A DNA stretch of 64,000 bases from Candidatus Sulfobium sp. (GCA_037380845.1 JARRRI010000009.1:64001-128000), one strand, 5' to 3'; shown: positions 10,704 through 21,690, counted from the first letter of the stretch. The notes: generated by a model from the sequence alone, not told the origin. Numbers and translations are program-made.

Positions 10704-11056
10704 CAATACTCCTCAGTCAGGGTGAAGTCGAGCTTCCTGGTGTAATAACCCCAGAAATCCACAACCTCCGACCAGTTGGCCTTGACCGTTACGACTTTCG
10801 ACACCCTATTCTTTTTCACCTCGAGATTGTCTGCATCGAGAGGAATACCGAGTTCATCGGCACGCTGCAGCACCTTCCTCCTGATGGTGTTGACATTGCC
10901 AACCTCCATCAACAACTCGTCGTGTGCATAAGACCTGAGAGTATAGTAACGGTAATACGGCTTCCCGAAGGATATGAGCACGAACGCTCCCACAACGAGA
11001 ATCGCCAGGGTGAAGAAAAACTTTATGGAGCCCTGACGGTCCAGGCGGTTCTTCAT
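10703..11056 (-). CDS. Small membrane-anchored protein, DUF4845-like with a pilin-like N-terminus
   Basis: RQG followed by a hydrophobic helix and PYY. Position right after lepB matches the usual context of DUF4845 genes. Confidence 0.6.
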   Translation of the reverse strand: MKNRLDRQGSIKFFFTLAILVVGAFVLISFGKPYYRYYTLRSYAHDELLMEVGNVNTIRRKVLQRADELGIPLDADNLEVKKNRVSKVVTVKANWSEVVDFWGYYTRKLDFTLTEEY

Positions 11057-11663
11057 CGTATCAGCTTCCCTATTCTGTCAAAGCGGACCCAGTGTTTGTT
11101 GCCGTCCCAGGACCAGTAGATTATTATCGCTTTCCCTTTTATCTGGTCGTCTTCCACAAATCCCCAGTATCTGCTGTCGTAACTCTCGTCCCGGTTGTCA
11201 CCCATGACAAAGACGTCCCCCTTGGGGACCGTAATAGGCCCGAAGTTGTCCCTGGGATCGATCCCGCCGGGCTTGATGCTGTTGTCCACATGCTGCACAT
11301 AAGGCTCAGCGAGTTTGCGGCCGTTCACATAAATGACCTTGTTGCGTGAAGCCACGGTATCCCCCTCCACGCCGATGACCCTCTTGATGAAATCCCTTTT
11401 GGGGTCCTCCGGATACTTGAATACTATAACATCTCCCCGATGCGGGTCTCTGAGTCCCGGCATATGGAAGAGGTGGATGTTGGTGAAAGGTATGTCCACG
11501 GGGGTACCGAGCACAAACTTGTTAACAAGAAGATGGTCACCCACAAGCAGTGTCGGTATCATGGAGCCCGATGGGATCTTGAATGCCTGAATTACGAAGG
11601 TCCTGATCACAAGGGCGATGATGAATGCAAATATGACGGCCTCGACCGTCTCTCTGAAGGCGG
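11053..11663 (-). CDS. lepB: Signal peptidase I; start codon missing as assembled
   Basis: [35 protein letters not shown]. The membrane anchor [18 protein letters not shown] continues in frame to ~11663 with no start codon before an in-frame stop. Confidence 0.92.
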
Positions 11664-13394
11664 CTTCATCCTCTTCTTGCCCTCCTTCTGTTTTTCAAGC
11701 AACTTTCGCTTGCGGGTAATATCGCCCCCGTAACATTTGGCGATAACGTCTTTCCTGAGCGCCTTGACGCTCTCCCGGGCGATGACCTTGCTTCCGATCG
11801 CAGCCTGGATGGCCACTTCGTACATCTGCCTTGGGATGATCTCTCTCAGTTTCTGGGTCAATTGTCGCCCTTTATAATACGCTTTATCTTTATGAACTAT
11901 CAAGGATAGCGCATCGACCGGTTCTCCGTTGATCAGCGTATTCAGCTTGATCAGGTCCGCCGCCCTGTAACCGAGGAACTCGTAGTCCATCGAGGCATAG
12001 CCCTTCGACAGGGACTTCAGACGGTCATAAAAATCCCAGAGGATTTCATTCAGCGGAAGCTCGTATTCGACTTTTATCCTGTCCTTTCCAACGAATACGA
12101 AGTTCCTCTGGACGCCCCTTTTTTCCTGGCACAGATCAAGGATGTAACCGATGAAATCCGAAGGGACCAAGACGGTTGCTGTCACAAAGGGCTCTTCTAT
12201 TTTCTCATAGCGTTCCGGCAGCGAGGCGGGATTATCTACATTCAGTATTTCTCCCCTGGTCGTGGTAACCCTGTAAACGACCGTAGGCGCCGTACTGAGG
12301 ATAGACAGATTAAATTCCCTCTCAAGTCTCTCCTGGATTATGTCCATATGGAGCAGACCCAGAAAACCGCATCTGAAACCGAAGCCGAGGGCCAGGGATG
12401 TTTCGGGTTCGTAAGTGAAGGACGAATCGTTCAGCCTCAGCTTATTGAGGGCATCCCTCAGGTTTTCGTACTGATGCGGGGTGGTCGGATAAAACCCGCA
12501 GAAGACCAGTGGCTTCACATCCTTGTACCCCGGACACGGTTCGGAAACGGGCATGGCAGCGTCGGTTATCGTATCGCCTATTTTTGTTTCAGTGACGCTT
12601 TTTATGCCCGCTATTATATAGCCGGCCTCACCGGAAAAAAGTTCATCCACCGGCGTCATCTTCGGAGTGAACACCCCGACCTGGTCGACTTCGAAGGCGC
12701 TGCCGGTAGCCATGAGCCTGATTTTCATGCCTCGCCTCACCCTGCCGTCAAAAACCCTTACAAGGACGATGACCCCTTGATAGCTGTCGAACCAGGAATC
12801 GAATATCAGGGCCTTCAGGGGACGGGCGTCGTCACCCGACGGAGGCTTTATCCGGTTTACTATCGCATCGAGGATTTCCTTTGTTCCCCGCCCCTCTTTG
12901 GCGCTGGCGAAGATCGCGCCGGAGCAGTCTATTCCGACGGCATCTTCAATCTGCTCCCTGGTCCTTTCAGGTTCCGCGCTCGGCAAGTCGATCTTGTTTA
13001 TTACGGGTATCACTTCGAGGTCGTGCTCCACCGCGAGATAGGTGTTGGCGAGTGTCTGTGCCTCGACTCCCTGGGTCGCATCGACCACGAGCAGCGCGCC
13101 CTCGCAGGAAGCCAGGCTCCTTGACACCTCATAGGAAAAATCGACATGGCCGGGAGTATCGATAAGGTTCAAGGTATAATCCCTGCCGTCGTCGGCCTTG
13201 TAGCAGAGCCTCACGGCGTGGGCCTTTATGGTGATGCCCCTCTCCCGCTCGAGGTCCATGGAATCCAGCACCTGCTCCATCATTTCACGCTCGCTGAGGG
13301 CCCCCGTATATTCAAGAAGCCTGTCAGCCAGTGTCGACTTTCCATGATCTATGTGCGCTATGATGGAAAAGTTGCGTATATTCTTCGACATCAA
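11607..13394 (-). CDS. lepA: Elongation factor 4 (LepA); aberrant C-terminal tail
   Basis: [55 protein letters not shown]. The usual QVG..EIPQEAF tail is absent after ~11664. Confidence 0.96.
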   Translation of the reverse strand: MMSKNIRNFSIIAHIDHGKSTLADRLLEYTGALSEREMMEQVLDSMDLERERGITIKAHAVRLCYKADDGRDYTLNLIDTPGHVDFSYEVSRSLASCEGALLVVDATQGVEAQTLANTYLAVEHDLEVIPVINKIDLPSAEPERTREQIEDAVGIDCSGAIFASAKEGRGTKEILDAIVNRIKPPSGDDARPLKALIFDSWFDSYQGVIVLVRVFDGRVRRGMKIRLMATGSAFEVDQVGVFTPKMTPVDELFSGEAGYIIAGIKSVTETKIGDTITDAAMPVSEPCPGYKDVKPLVFCGFYPTTPHQYENLRDALNKLRLNDSSFTYEPETSLALGFGFRCGFLGLLHMDIIQERLEREFNLSILSTAPTVVYRVTTTRGEILNVDNPASLPERYEKIEEPFVTATVLVPSDFIGYILDLCQEKRGVQRNFVFVGKDRIKVEYELPLNEILWDFYDRLKSLSKGYASMDYEFLGYRAADLIKLNTLINGEPVDALSLIVHKDKAYYKGRQLTQKLREIIPRQMYEVAIQAAIGSKVIARESVKALRKDVIAKCYGGDITRKRKLLEKQKEGKKRMKPPSERRSRPSYLHSSSPL

Positions 13395-14338
13395 CTCTTG
13401 ACGGAGACAGGTCCCGGCAGATTGCTGAAAACGAGGCAGGCGGCCCCTATAATGCCCGCGTTGTCTTCGAGAGAGGAGGGGATTATCTTCACGGCATCGA
13501 AGAGGTCCTTGAAAGCCCTCCTCGACGCCTCTTTCATGGCTTCCTGTACGTAAATGTTCCAGGCGCCGGTGAGGCCTCCGGCGAGGATTATCGCCTCCGG
13601 ACCAAGAACATTGATAATATTTGCAAGGCCGATACCCAGGTATCGGCCCGCGTCTTTCAAAACTTCCCTGGACAGGTTATCACCTTCCAGGGCGGCCTCG
13701 TAAATGTCCTCCGGCGTCAACTTGTAAAAGCTGCCTTTACAGCATTCCTTCAGGAGACTTTCCGTACCCTTCTCCAGCATGGAGACCGCCCTCGCTATCA
13801 TTGCACGGGCAGAGGCATAATTTTCAAGACACCCCGTATTGCCGCAGGGACACTTCTCGGCTTCCGGATTGATGCTGATATGGCCCAGCTCTGCAGGCAC
13901 TTCAAGCACTCTCCCCTGATAGATAATTCCTGCGCCGATCCCGGTGCCGAGCGTGAGAAGCACGAAATTCTGGAAATCCCTGCCCGAACCCACCATTCTC
14001 TCGCCCAGTGCGGCTGCGTTGGCGTCATTCTCGATAAACACCGGCGTGCCGAACCTTTTCCGTAATTCTCCGACCGCGTCCAGACCCTCGATAGCATGCA
14101 GGTTGGGGGATGCGAAGACCGTGCTGTTTTTGCGGTCGATCAGGCCCGCCACGCCGAGCCCTATGCCCCCGACCGGGCCGGAATGTATGATCTCCCCGAT
14201 CGACTCCGACAGAACATCGAGGATCTGCTCGGAGGAAGGCTTCTTGACCTTTCTGATAATCTCCCCGCCTTCCGACACGAGCGCAACCCTGAGGTTGGTG
14301 CCGCCGAGGTCAACGCCTATCGCATATTTCTGTGACAT
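13391..14338 (-). CDS. glk: ROK family sugar kinase (glucokinase)
   Basis: [41 protein letters not shown]. Confidence 0.88.
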   Translation of the reverse strand: MSQKYAIGVDLGGTNLRVALVSEGGEIIRKVKKPSSEQILDVLSESIGEIIHSGPVGGIGLGVAGLIDRKNSTVFASPNLHAIEGLDAVGELRKRFGTPVFIENDANAAALGERMVGSGRDFQNFVLLTLGTGIGAGIIYQGRVLEVPAELGHISINPEAEKCPCGNTGCLENYASARAMIARAVSMLEKGTESLLKECCKGSFYKLTPEDIYEAALEGDNLSREVLKDAGRYLGIGLANIINVLGPEAIILAGGLTGAWNIYVQEAMKEASRRAFKDLFDAVKIIPSSLEDNAGIIGAACLVFSNLPGPVSVKS

Positions 14339-14417
14339 ATCCAAGTTCAGCCAGAGGAAAGATAACGAACGCGAGGAAGTAGAATAAGGGTCGAACTTTC
14401 CCAGGATCTCTTCTCAT
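14310..14417 (-). pseudogene. Orphan gene start with a signal-peptide-like N-terminus (35 codons)
   Basis: GAGGG RBS, then MRRDPGKVRPLFYFLAFVIFPLA running straight into the glk upstream region. Confidence 0.35.
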
Positions 14418-14733
14418 TACAATCGTCCCTCACTTCCCGCTCATGTGAATGTTTATCTTATCACAAAGCATTAATGGGAGTAAAGAAATGTGACGCCTGT
14501 CTACTCCACAATTGACCGTCTGAAAGAGGCATCGGACATGCCGGCTGGCCCCTCCAGGGGAAGACCGGGATCTGTAACTGCAAGCCACTTTTCGACGCCC
14601 TCTTTTGGGCTTTTCGGAGATTTTCATGCAAGGTCCAGGGTCATTTTCGGAAGCAGCAGACTTCCCGGGACACAACTTCGACACTTCAGGGCGGGGCCGG
14701 AGGAGCGGGGATAAGAGATTTCGAAACTTTTAC

Positions 14734-14763
14734 TTGACAGCTGCGGCTTATTGAAAATAGAAT
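14734..14763 (+). promoter_or_regulatory. sigma70-type promoter of the ArsR gene (probably leaderless)
   Basis: TTGACA-18-TAGAAT ending 6 nt before the GTG start. Inverted repeat TATGT-GAA-ACATA overlaps the start. Confidence 0.55.
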
Positions 14764-14769
14764 AAGTAT

Positions 14770-15102
14770 GTGAAACATAACAAGACATTGTTCGAACTTC
14801 AGGCAGAGATCTGCAAGACACTTGCCAGTTCGAAGCGACTTGAAATAATCAACGCCCTGAAAGACGGAGAGAAGACAGTCGGCGAACTCGTTGAAATCCT
14901 TGGGGTACCCAAGGCAAATGTGTCCCAGCACCTGGCTGTGATGAGGCACAAGGGTATCCTGAAGTCCCGCAGAAAAGGCGTAAACATCTATTACCATATT
15001 TCAAACGACAAGGTAATACAGGCGTGCACCCTGATGCGCGAGGTGCTTACCGAGGAAATGCGGGAAAGGTCCGAACTGATCGAACTCGTATCCCACAGTT
15101 AA
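14770..15102 (+). CDS. ArsR/SmtB family transcriptional regulator
   Basis: AEICKTLA..KRLEII, GEKTVGEL, NVSQHLAVMR, RRKGVNIYY. Confidence 0.9.
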   Translation: MKHNKTLFELQAEICKTLASSKRLEIINALKDGEKTVGELVEILGVPKANVSQHLAVMRHKGILKSRRKGVNIYYHISNDKVIQACTLMREVLTEEMRERSELIELVSHS

Positions 15103-15256
15103 GCGCACGGCCCACGGTCTGGCCGGGTCCGAACTGACCGAACCCGTATTGTGCGGCTGAATCGCGATATTGACGTATCCGTGACCTGGGGCGGGTCGCT
15201 TCACTTTTTTTCATCCTCCCATTATAATAACGGAGCAAGTAGCGGTAAGAATACCA

Positions 15257-15649
15257 ATGCTCGTCGGTTATAACACCAACGTACCTTATAAAGGAAAACT
15301 CTACCACGTCCAGACGGAGGACAGCGGGCTGAAAAACCCGGTCATCACCACCCTTCTCTATTTCAAGGGGACCATCCTCGCTTCCAGGAAAAGCAGCTAC
15401 GCTCATCTTGCCGGTGACCCGTCTCACAAGGAAAAAGTGAGGGAGCTGATGAAAGACCAGCACAAGGCGATGATAAGGGAATTGATCAGGGGCAAACACA
15501 CGGGGGAAAAGCCCCCGGAGGAAGACGAAGGCCGGTCTGCGGAAGAGTCGGCCGCGCGGGATGGAAAGGAGATCACCCTCACCAAAGGCCAGATATCGAA
15601 GAGCCTTGACGACATCCTTCTGGACTATATAATAAGAAGAAAAGATTAG
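15257..15649 (+). CDS. Conserved hypothetical protein (GYNTNV..KGKLYHVQTED type)
   Basis: Clean 130-aa ORF with a TTCACT-17-TATAAT promoter upstream; first gene before ftsE. Confidence 0.7.
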   Translation: MLVGYNTNVPYKGKLYHVQTEDSGLKNPVITTLLYFKGTILASRKSSYAHLAGDPSHKEKVRELMKDQHKAMIRELIRGKHTGEKPPEEDEGRSAEESAARDGKEITLTKGQISKSLDDILLDYIIRRKD

Positions 15650-15664
15650 CCGGAGCGCAGCCTT

Positions 15665-16183
15665 ATGATTCATTTTTTAGACGTAACAAAGGATTACGAC
15701 AACCAGACCGCCTTAAGGAACGTGACATTTTCGGTAGAGAAGGGCGAGATGGCTTTTATCACGGGACCCAGCGGTTCCGGCAAGACTACGGCGCTGAAAC
15801 TCATCTACCTCGCTGAAAAACCGGACGAGGGGACGATCACCGTTGCGGGATGGGAGACCGACCAGCTGAGAGAATCGGCTGTTCCGTTTCTAAGGCGCAA
15901 TATAGGGGTAGTATTTCAGGACTTCAGGCTCCTGGCCAGGAAAAACGTCTTCGAAAACGTGGCGATGGCCCTCAGGATAAGGGGAGTCGGTGTCCTTGCG
16001 GATGAGCCCACCGGCAATCTGGATTCTGATACCGCCGAAGGGGTCATGAGGATTTTCAGGAACGTCAATACAAAAGGAACAACCATCCTGATTGCGACAC
16101 ACAACAGGGAGCTTTACAGGAATTCCGGACGAAGGGTTTTCAGACTGGACGCGGGAAACCTGGTTGGAGAAGAGACTCGTTGA
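15665..16183 (+). CDS. ftsE: Cell division ABC ATPase FtsE, internally truncated
   Basis: Walker A GPSGSGKT, IGVVFQDFRLL, LADEPTGNLD and ATHN present. The LSGGE signature segment is absent (only 172 aa). Confidence 0.88.
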   Translation: MIHFLDVTKDYDNQTALRNVTFSVEKGEMAFITGPSGSGKTTALKLIYLAEKPDEGTITVAGWETDQLRESAVPFLRRNIGVVFQDFRLLARKNVFENVAMALRIRGVGVLADEPTGNLDSDTAEGVMRIFRNVNTKGTTILIATHNRELYRNSGRRVFRLDAGNLVGEETR

Positions 16184-17058
16184 TGTCCGCTCCTTACGCA
16201 CTCAAGCTGGCGGCCCTGAGCCTTTTCCGGGAGAAGTGGATCAACCTTCTCTCTGTGCTGACTATCGGCTCCGGGCTGCTCGTGATCAGCGTAGCCTTCC
16301 TGGCGGCTTATAATATCAAGGCGGCAACCGGAAGGCTCCCGGAAAAGTTTTCGATGGTCCTGTACCTTGACGATGGCGCGACCAGGGCGCAGGTCGACCG
16401 GACCGTCCTTTCTCTGAAGAAAGATCCGGCCGTTTCCTCCGTCAGATATATCCCCAAGGAAGACGCCATGAAAGAATTAAAAGCCACGATCAAAAATGCA
16501 GACGATCTCTTTGAAGGCCTCGATGAAAACCCCCTTCCCGATTCGCTCGAAGTGAAGCTGAAAAGAGATGCCGTCGGCCCTGAAACGGTGAAAAAACTGG
16601 CTGCGGAGGCGGGCAGGCTCAAGGGGGTCAGAGAAGTCGACTACGGCGAGAAGTTTCTTTCATCGCTTTATTCTCTTCGGAAAGGAGTGGAATCACTGGG
16701 CCTGATTCTCATCGCCATCATGGCCGCCAGCATTACATTTGTCTGCTACAGCACGGTGAAGATACTCTTTTACAGGAGAAGCGAGGAAATCGAGACCTTC
16801 AAGCTTCTTGGAGCCACCAGGTGGTTCATCAGATTCCCGTTCCTTCTGGAGGGCGCCGTGATCGGCTTCACGGGGGGGATGCTCAGCCTGATCGGCATGT
16901 TTTCATTCTATTACTTCGGCCTTCTTAAACTCAGTCTTACCTCGCCGGTCTTCAGGGCGGTCCTCTTCCCGGCAGATCTGTTTCTGCCTCTCCCCCTGGT
17001 CGGTCTCTTACTCGGACTTGCAGGATCGGTGATTGCGCTCGGAAGGCTCAGGTACTGA
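16183..17058 (+). CDS. ftsX: Cell division permease FtsX
   Basis: N-terminal TM helix, ENPLPDSLEV, EIETFKLLGATRWFIRFPFLLEG; lies between ftsE and envC. Confidence 0.92.
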   Translation: MSAPYALKLAALSLFREKWINLLSVLTIGSGLLVISVAFLAAYNIKAATGRLPEKFSMVLYLDDGATRAQVDRTVLSLKKDPAVSSVRYIPKEDAMKELKATIKNADDLFEGLDENPLPDSLEVKLKRDAVGPETVKKLAAEAGRLKGVREVDYGEKFLSSLYSLRKGVESLGLILIAIMAASITFVCYSTVKILFYRRSEEIETFKLLGATRWFIRFPFLLEGAVIGFTGGMLSLIGMFSFYYFGLLKLSLTSPVFRAVLFPADLFLPLPLVGLLLGLAGSVIALGRLRY

Positions 17059-18188
17059 TGGCGGTTGCCTTGCTGCTGCTCGTAACACTCCTTTCCCCCG
17101 TGATTTCCCGGGCTGCAGACCTCCAGAGCCGGTACAAGGATATTCAGGAGAGGATGGCCGAACAAAAGGAGAAGATCGGAGAGGCGCTGGGTCGCGAATC
17201 TTCCATCCTGAGCGAGATTGAGGAAATGAACAGGAAGCTCGCCCTGACGGAAAAGGAGCTTAAAAGACAGAGGCGAGCCCTTCGTCGGACCGAGTCCGAG
17301 ATCAGGGACACAAACGGCAGGATAGCTAACATCGACAACCGGCTCGCCACGCGGAAAAACTGGATAAAAAGAAAACTCAGGGTGATGCAGCGATTCGGAT
17401 ACTCCGGAGATCTGCTTATGCTGCTGCTGAGCGCCCGGGATGCTTCTCAGATGATGAGGGTATGGAGGGATCTGGAGTCGATCGCCGCTTACGACAACAG
17501 GGTCCTCGATGAATACCGGCATGACCTGAAGGAGCTTAAAGCCGAAAAAGCCAGGCTGAAGACGCTCAAGTCAAATCTCCTCCTGAAAACCGGAAGAGTG
17601 GCTGCCGAAGAAAAGGAACTTGCAGAACAGAGGAGCGAGAAGGAGGGGCTGCTTTCGTCCGTCCGTCACGAGAAGGACGCCCACAGAAAGATGCTTATGG
17701 AACTTCAGGAGGCTTCCAGGAAACTCCTGGACATAATCCGCGAATCTTACAGAAAAGACACTTACGCAGGCAGGGGATTTTCACACCTGAAGGGAAAACT
17801 GCACTGGCCGGTCAACGGCAGGGTCGCGATCCCTTATGGTCCGCAGAAGGACCCCCAGTTCGACACCCCGGTATTCAGAAACGGTATCCATATCAAAACG
17901 GCATCCGATGCCGATGCCAGGGCGATATACGGGGGAAAAGTGATATTTTCCGACTGGTTCAAGGGATACGGACAGTTGATTATCGTGAACCATGGCGGCG
18001 GCTACAATTCGCTCTACGGCAATCTCTCGCAGATTTTTTCCCATGCCGGGGATATAATAAAAAGTAACCAGGTGATAGGAAAAGTCGGGACGTCGGGCAT
18101 ACTGAATGCTCCAGGCCTTTATTTCGAGATACGCTACAAAGGCAAACCCCTCGATCCAACACAGTGGCTGCTGAACAAAAGAAGATAA
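17058..18188 (+). CDS. envC: Murein hydrolase activator EnvC (coiled coil plus degenerate M23 domain)
   Basis: Signal peptide, long coiled coil, LHWPVNG, GYGQLIIVNHGGGY, LYFEIRYKGKPLDP. Confidence 0.88.
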   Translation: MAVALLLLVTLLSPVISRAADLQSRYKDIQERMAEQKEKIGEALGRESSILSEIEEMNRKLALTEKELKRQRRALRRTESEIRDTNGRIANIDNRLATRKNWIKRKLRVMQRFGYSGDLLMLLLSARDASQMMRVWRDLESIAAYDNRVLDEYRHDLKELKAEKARLKTLKSNLLLKTGRVAAEEKELAEQRSEKEGLLSSVRHEKDAHRKMLMELQEASRKLLDIIRESYRKDTYAGRGFSHLKGKLHWPVNGRVAIPYGPQKDPQFDTPVFRNGIHIKTASDADARAIYGGKVIFSDWFKGYGQLIIVNHGGGYNSLYGNLSQIFSHAGDIIKSNQVIGKVGTSGILNAPGLYFEIRYKGKPLDPTQWLLNKRR

Positions 18189-18211
18189 GTCAGGAGGACA
18201 AAGCGAAAGAA

Positions 18212-19525
18212 ATGCCAAGAAAAAGATTTCTGTTGATCTGGTTGCTGGTAATAGCAGTTACCGCCACTGGTATATCCATAGGAAGATTATCCGCAACCGT
18301 AACGGCAAATGCGGGCGAGGGATACGAAGAACTCAAGACGTTCACCGAAGTCCTGTCGATGGTAAAAAAATATTACGTGGAGGACGTGAGCACAAAGGAC
18401 CTCGTATACGGCGCCATAAAGGGGATGCTGAATTCCCTTGATCCCCATTCCAGTTTCATGCCGCCCGAGGCTTTCAAGGAAATGCAGGTGGAGACGAAGG
18501 GCGAGTTCGGCGGCCTGGGCATACAAATAGGGATAAAAGACGGGGTGCTCACGGTGATCGCGCCGATCGAAGACACGCCGGCCTGGAAGGCGGGCATCAA
18601 GGCGGGTGACAAGATAATAAAGATAAGCGGGAAGCCCACAAAGAACGTGAGCCTTGAGGAAGCGGTCTCGAAGATGAGAGGCGTGCCGAAGACTTCCATT
18701 ACCATAACCGTCTACCGCGAGGGGTGGAAGGAGCCGAAGGACTTCACAATCGTCAGGGAAATCATAAAGATAAAGAGCATAAAATCGAAGGTCATCGAAG
18801 GCGATATAGGATATGTGAAGATCAGCCAGTTCCAGGAGCAAACCGCATCGGACCTCGAAAAGGCACTCAAGGATCTCGATAAAAAGAAGATTAGATCTCT
18901 TATAGTCGATCTGAGGAACAACCCCGGCGGGCTGCTTAACAGCGCTGTCGATGTTGCCGGAGAGTTCCTGCCGAAAGGCAAGCTGGTAGTCTACACCAAG
19001 ACCAGGTCGGGCGAAAAGACCGAATTCTATACCGAAGGGAACCAGTTGGCGACGCAGCCCATGATCGTTCTGGTGAACGAGGGGAGTGCAAGCGCCTCCG
19101 AGATCGTGGCAGGCGCGCTGAAGGACTGGAACCGGGCTGCAATCCTCGGCACCCAGACCTTTGGAAAAGGTTCCGTTCAGACGGTGATACCGCTGAGCGA
19201 TGGAGCCGGCCTCAGGCTCACCACCGCGAGATACTATACTCCCAAGGGGATATCGATTCAGAACACGGGGATAACTCCCGACATAGTGGTCAAGCTGGTG
19301 GCAAAGAACGGCGAAAAAGAACACCCTGTACTGAGGGAAAGAGACCTGGCTAGACACCTCCGGAATGAACAGACCGGGAAGACAAAACCGGAAAAGGTTG
19401 AGACGGTCCCTCTTGAGGTGGGAGAAAAAGAAGATGTCCAGCTTCAGCGGGCGGTTGACATACTGAAGACATGGGACGTGTTCAGGGGACTGCCGAAAGA
19501 ATCGTGCGAGAGCGTTCCCAAGTAG
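18212..19525 (+). CDS. ctpA: Carboxy-terminal processing protease (S41, PDZ)
   Basis: GEFGGLGI, DLRNNPGGLL, SASASEIVAGAL, TFGKGSVQ, RYYTPKG. Confidence 0.92.
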   Translation: MPRKRFLLIWLLVIAVTATGISIGRLSATVTANAGEGYEELKTFTEVLSMVKKYYVEDVSTKDLVYGAIKGMLNSLDPHSSFMPPEAFKEMQVETKGEFGGLGIQIGIKDGVLTVIAPIEDTPAWKAGIKAGDKIIKISGKPTKNVSLEEAVSKMRGVPKTSITITVYREGWKEPKDFTIVREIIKIKSIKSKVIEGDIGYVKISQFQEQTASDLEKALKDLDKKKIRSLIVDLRNNPGGLLNSAVDVAGEFLPKGKLVVYTKTRSGEKTEFYTEGNQLATQPMIVLVNEGSASASEIVAGALKDWNRAAILGTQTFGKGSVQTVIPLSDGAGLRLTTARYYTPKGISIQNTGITPDIVVKLVAKNGEKEHPVLRERDLARHLRNEQTGKTKPEKVETVPLEVGEKEDVQLQRAVDILKTWDVFRGLPKESCESVPK

Positions 19526-19531
19526 GGAGAA

Positions 19532-20209
19532 ATGTCGAGGGTCGTATTCGACATAGAAACGACCGGCAGGGACTTCGACTCACTGGATTCCTGCGTTCAG
19601 GATTATCTGCTCAGATGGGCGGAGTCGGAGGAGGACAGGAAAGAGGTCCGGGAAAGCCTCTCGTTCTATCCCCTCACGGGTGAGATAATCACCATCGGCA
19701 TGCTGAACCCGGACACTGGCAGGGGCGTCGTTTATTTCCAGAACAATGATGATCCCCTGCTTCCCTTCGAAGAAGAAGGGCTCAGGTATGAGACCTGCAC
19801 CGAAAGGGAAATAATACAGAAATTCTGGGAGACCATAAGGACTTACGACCGCTTCGTTACCTTCAACGGACGCGGGTTCGATTGCCCCTTCATCATGATA
19901 CGCTCCGCCGTCCATGGTCTTAAACCCACCAGGGACCTTATGCCGAACAGGTATGGCGATCTCCATACAGACCTCTTTGACCAGCTTTCCTTCTTTGGGG
20001 CCTCCCGGAGGAAGTTCAGCCTGGACATGTGGTGCCGGACCTTCGGGATAAAAAGCCCGAAGGAAGCCGGGATAACAGGGTACGAGGTAAAAGACCTGTT
20101 CCGGGCCGGCAAGCATATTGATATCGCCCGGTACTGCGCCGGAGATTTGAGGGCCACGGCGGAACTGCTTTCCGTCTGGGAAAGATTAATCAAATACAGT
20201 GGCAGGTAA
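19532..20209 (+). CDS. DEDD 3'-5' exonuclease (stand-alone, PolB-exonuclease / RNase H-like)
   Basis: VVFDIET, TFNGRGFDCPF and YCAGD motifs. Confidence 0.82.
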   Translation: MSRVVFDIETTGRDFDSLDSCVQDYLLRWAESEEDRKEVRESLSFYPLTGEIITIGMLNPDTGRGVVYFQNNDDPLLPFEEEGLRYETCTEREIIQKFWETIRTYDRFVTFNGRGFDCPFIMIRSAVHGLKPTRDLMPNRYGDLHTDLFDQLSFFGASRRKFSLDMWCRTFGIKSPKEAGITGYEVKDLFRAGKHIDIARYCAGDLRATAELLSVWERLIKYSGR

Positions 20210-20279
20210 TTCCGGATAAGACTGAAACCAACTCTCCGCATCAAAAGACCCTGAAAGATTCCGGACAAGCCGGAAGGAC
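20206..20279. repeat. REP-like GTCAT...ATGAC palindromic element (degenerate)
   Basis: gtaattccgg ... gattccggacaagccggaaggac, between convergent genes. Confidence 0.5.
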
Positions 20280-20328
20280 AAATTCGTGGGGTTTATGCAC
20301 CGGTCATGTTAAGAAGTCAGGCTGTTCG

Positions 20329-21375
20329 TTATCCCGAGATGTATTGATTGACCTTGTCGACCTCGAAGTCTTCGGAAAGCAGTACGTTCCGCATGAACCT
20401 GAAGATCTTCCCGCGTGTCTCCCTGCTCAAATCCGGATAAAAAACCGGATTTGCGACGACCGCCGCCCTGAACGCAAAAAAGAGGGGTGAGACCTTTGTG
20501 ATCTCCCGGTCTCCCGAAGCCCGTATGTATTCGTCGAAAAACATGGTCAGCCCTTCTTTGTAAGCCTTCCTGACATCTCCGTAGTTTTTCAGGGAGAAGA
20601 ATATGTAATTTATGGCAAGGGCGGTAACGTCGTCAGCCGGCTCTCCCCAGGGCCCGCGGCTTCGGTCGAGAAGAACGAAGTCCGCATCGCCGGTAAACCA
20701 TATGTTTCCCGGGTGAAAGTCTCCATGGATCTGAGAAAGACGGTATGTGCAAAGTTTCAGCCTGGCACGCCAGTCCACGCACAACTTTTCTACATCCGCC
20801 ATCTCTCCATAGCTCATCGTACCGTCCGGATAGAGATCAAAGACGCCCATCAGACATTCGCCGTGACCTATGGTGTCCCTCAGTTTCCGCCAGTACAGCG
20901 TTCTTGACTCTTTCTTGACTGCATGGATCTCCGCAAGATAGGAGGACAAGGCCCGTATCTTCTCCCTGTCAGCAGGTTCCAGCGAATCCCTGACAGACAT
21001 ATCAGAAAGGTCATGGAAGTAATGGCGCCCCTCGACCCTCTCCATGAGGAGGTAGTATTCTTTCCCCCCTCCGACTGACTTTATCGTACCGTCTTCCATC
21101 TCCGACAGCACATCGACAGCCCTGACATGCCGGGGCAGGTTCCCGTATTCGTCGAGGTCGAGCAGAAATACCGAGGCCCGGTCGGAAGGATAATCATGTC
21201 CCAGACCTTCGGGGAAAAGACCCTTTACGACGTAAGTCCGCCCACCTTCCGGCGTCGTCAGTTCGATAAGAAAACCCGCCCCCTGCACGCCGGCGCCGAG
21301 TTTCGTGATACGGATATCGTAGGCACCGGGAAATTCCTTCAGGAGGTAAGACCGAAGCGCACGCTCATTGACCAT
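20329..21375 (-). CDS. Aminoglycoside phosphotransferase-like kinase
   Basis: Brenner motif HGDFHPGN, LLDRSRG, N-terminal LGAGVQG loop. Confidence 0.78.
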   Translation of the reverse strand: MVNERALRSYLLKEFPGAYDIRITKLGAGVQGAGFLIELTTPEGGRTYVVKGLFPEGLGHDYPSDRASVFLLDLDEYGNLPRHVRAVDVLSEMEDGTIKSVGGGKEYYLLMERVEGRHYFHDLSDMSVRDSLEPADREKIRALSSYLAEIHAVKKESRTLYWRKLRDTIGHGECLMGVFDLYPDGTMSYGEMADVEKLCVDWRARLKLCTYRLSQIHGDFHPGNIWFTGDADFVLLDRSRGPWGEPADDVTALAINYIFFSLKNYGDVRKAYKEGLTMFFDEYIRASGDREITKVSPLFFAFRAAVVANPVFYPDLSRETRGKIFRFMRNVLLSEDFEVDKVNQYISG

Positions 21376-21420
21376 GTCGCATACTCAAAAGGTCTTTATC
21401 CACGATATAACGTAAAAACT

Positions 21421-21690
21421 CTAACGCGGAGGGAGATCTCTGCCCTCTTCGAAATTTCTCACAAACTGACCTATCTGGACTCCCAGGTATACGCACTTTA
21501 TGTCGTTCATACAGTCGTCCGCATCCTTCTTTTCCAGATAGGTTGTCAGTTCATGGTGATCTTTCCTGAATTCAACCACGTACGCGTTTTTGCCATTGTC
21601 GAAATCCAGTCCGAGGGTTATCCCGTGCTTTTTGATTTCCGGATACATCTCCCGTATCTTGTCCTTCAGCTCTTCATCCGTGTAAGCCAT
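21421..21690 (-). CDS. Small hypothetical protein
   Basis: MAYTDEELKDKIREMYPEI after a GGAGG RBS; TTGACA upstream. Confidence 0.7.
   Translation of the reverse strand: MAYTDEELKDKIREMYPEIKKHGITLGLDFDNGKNAYVVEFRKDHHELTTYLEKKDADDCMNDIKCVYLGVQIGQFVRNFEEGRDLPPR

Noticed and set aside
19532..21375. Exonuclease plus kinase as a defence or toxin-antitoxin module
   Set aside because: The genes are convergent, the exonuclease closes the ftsEX-ctpA run, and there is no mobile or defence context.
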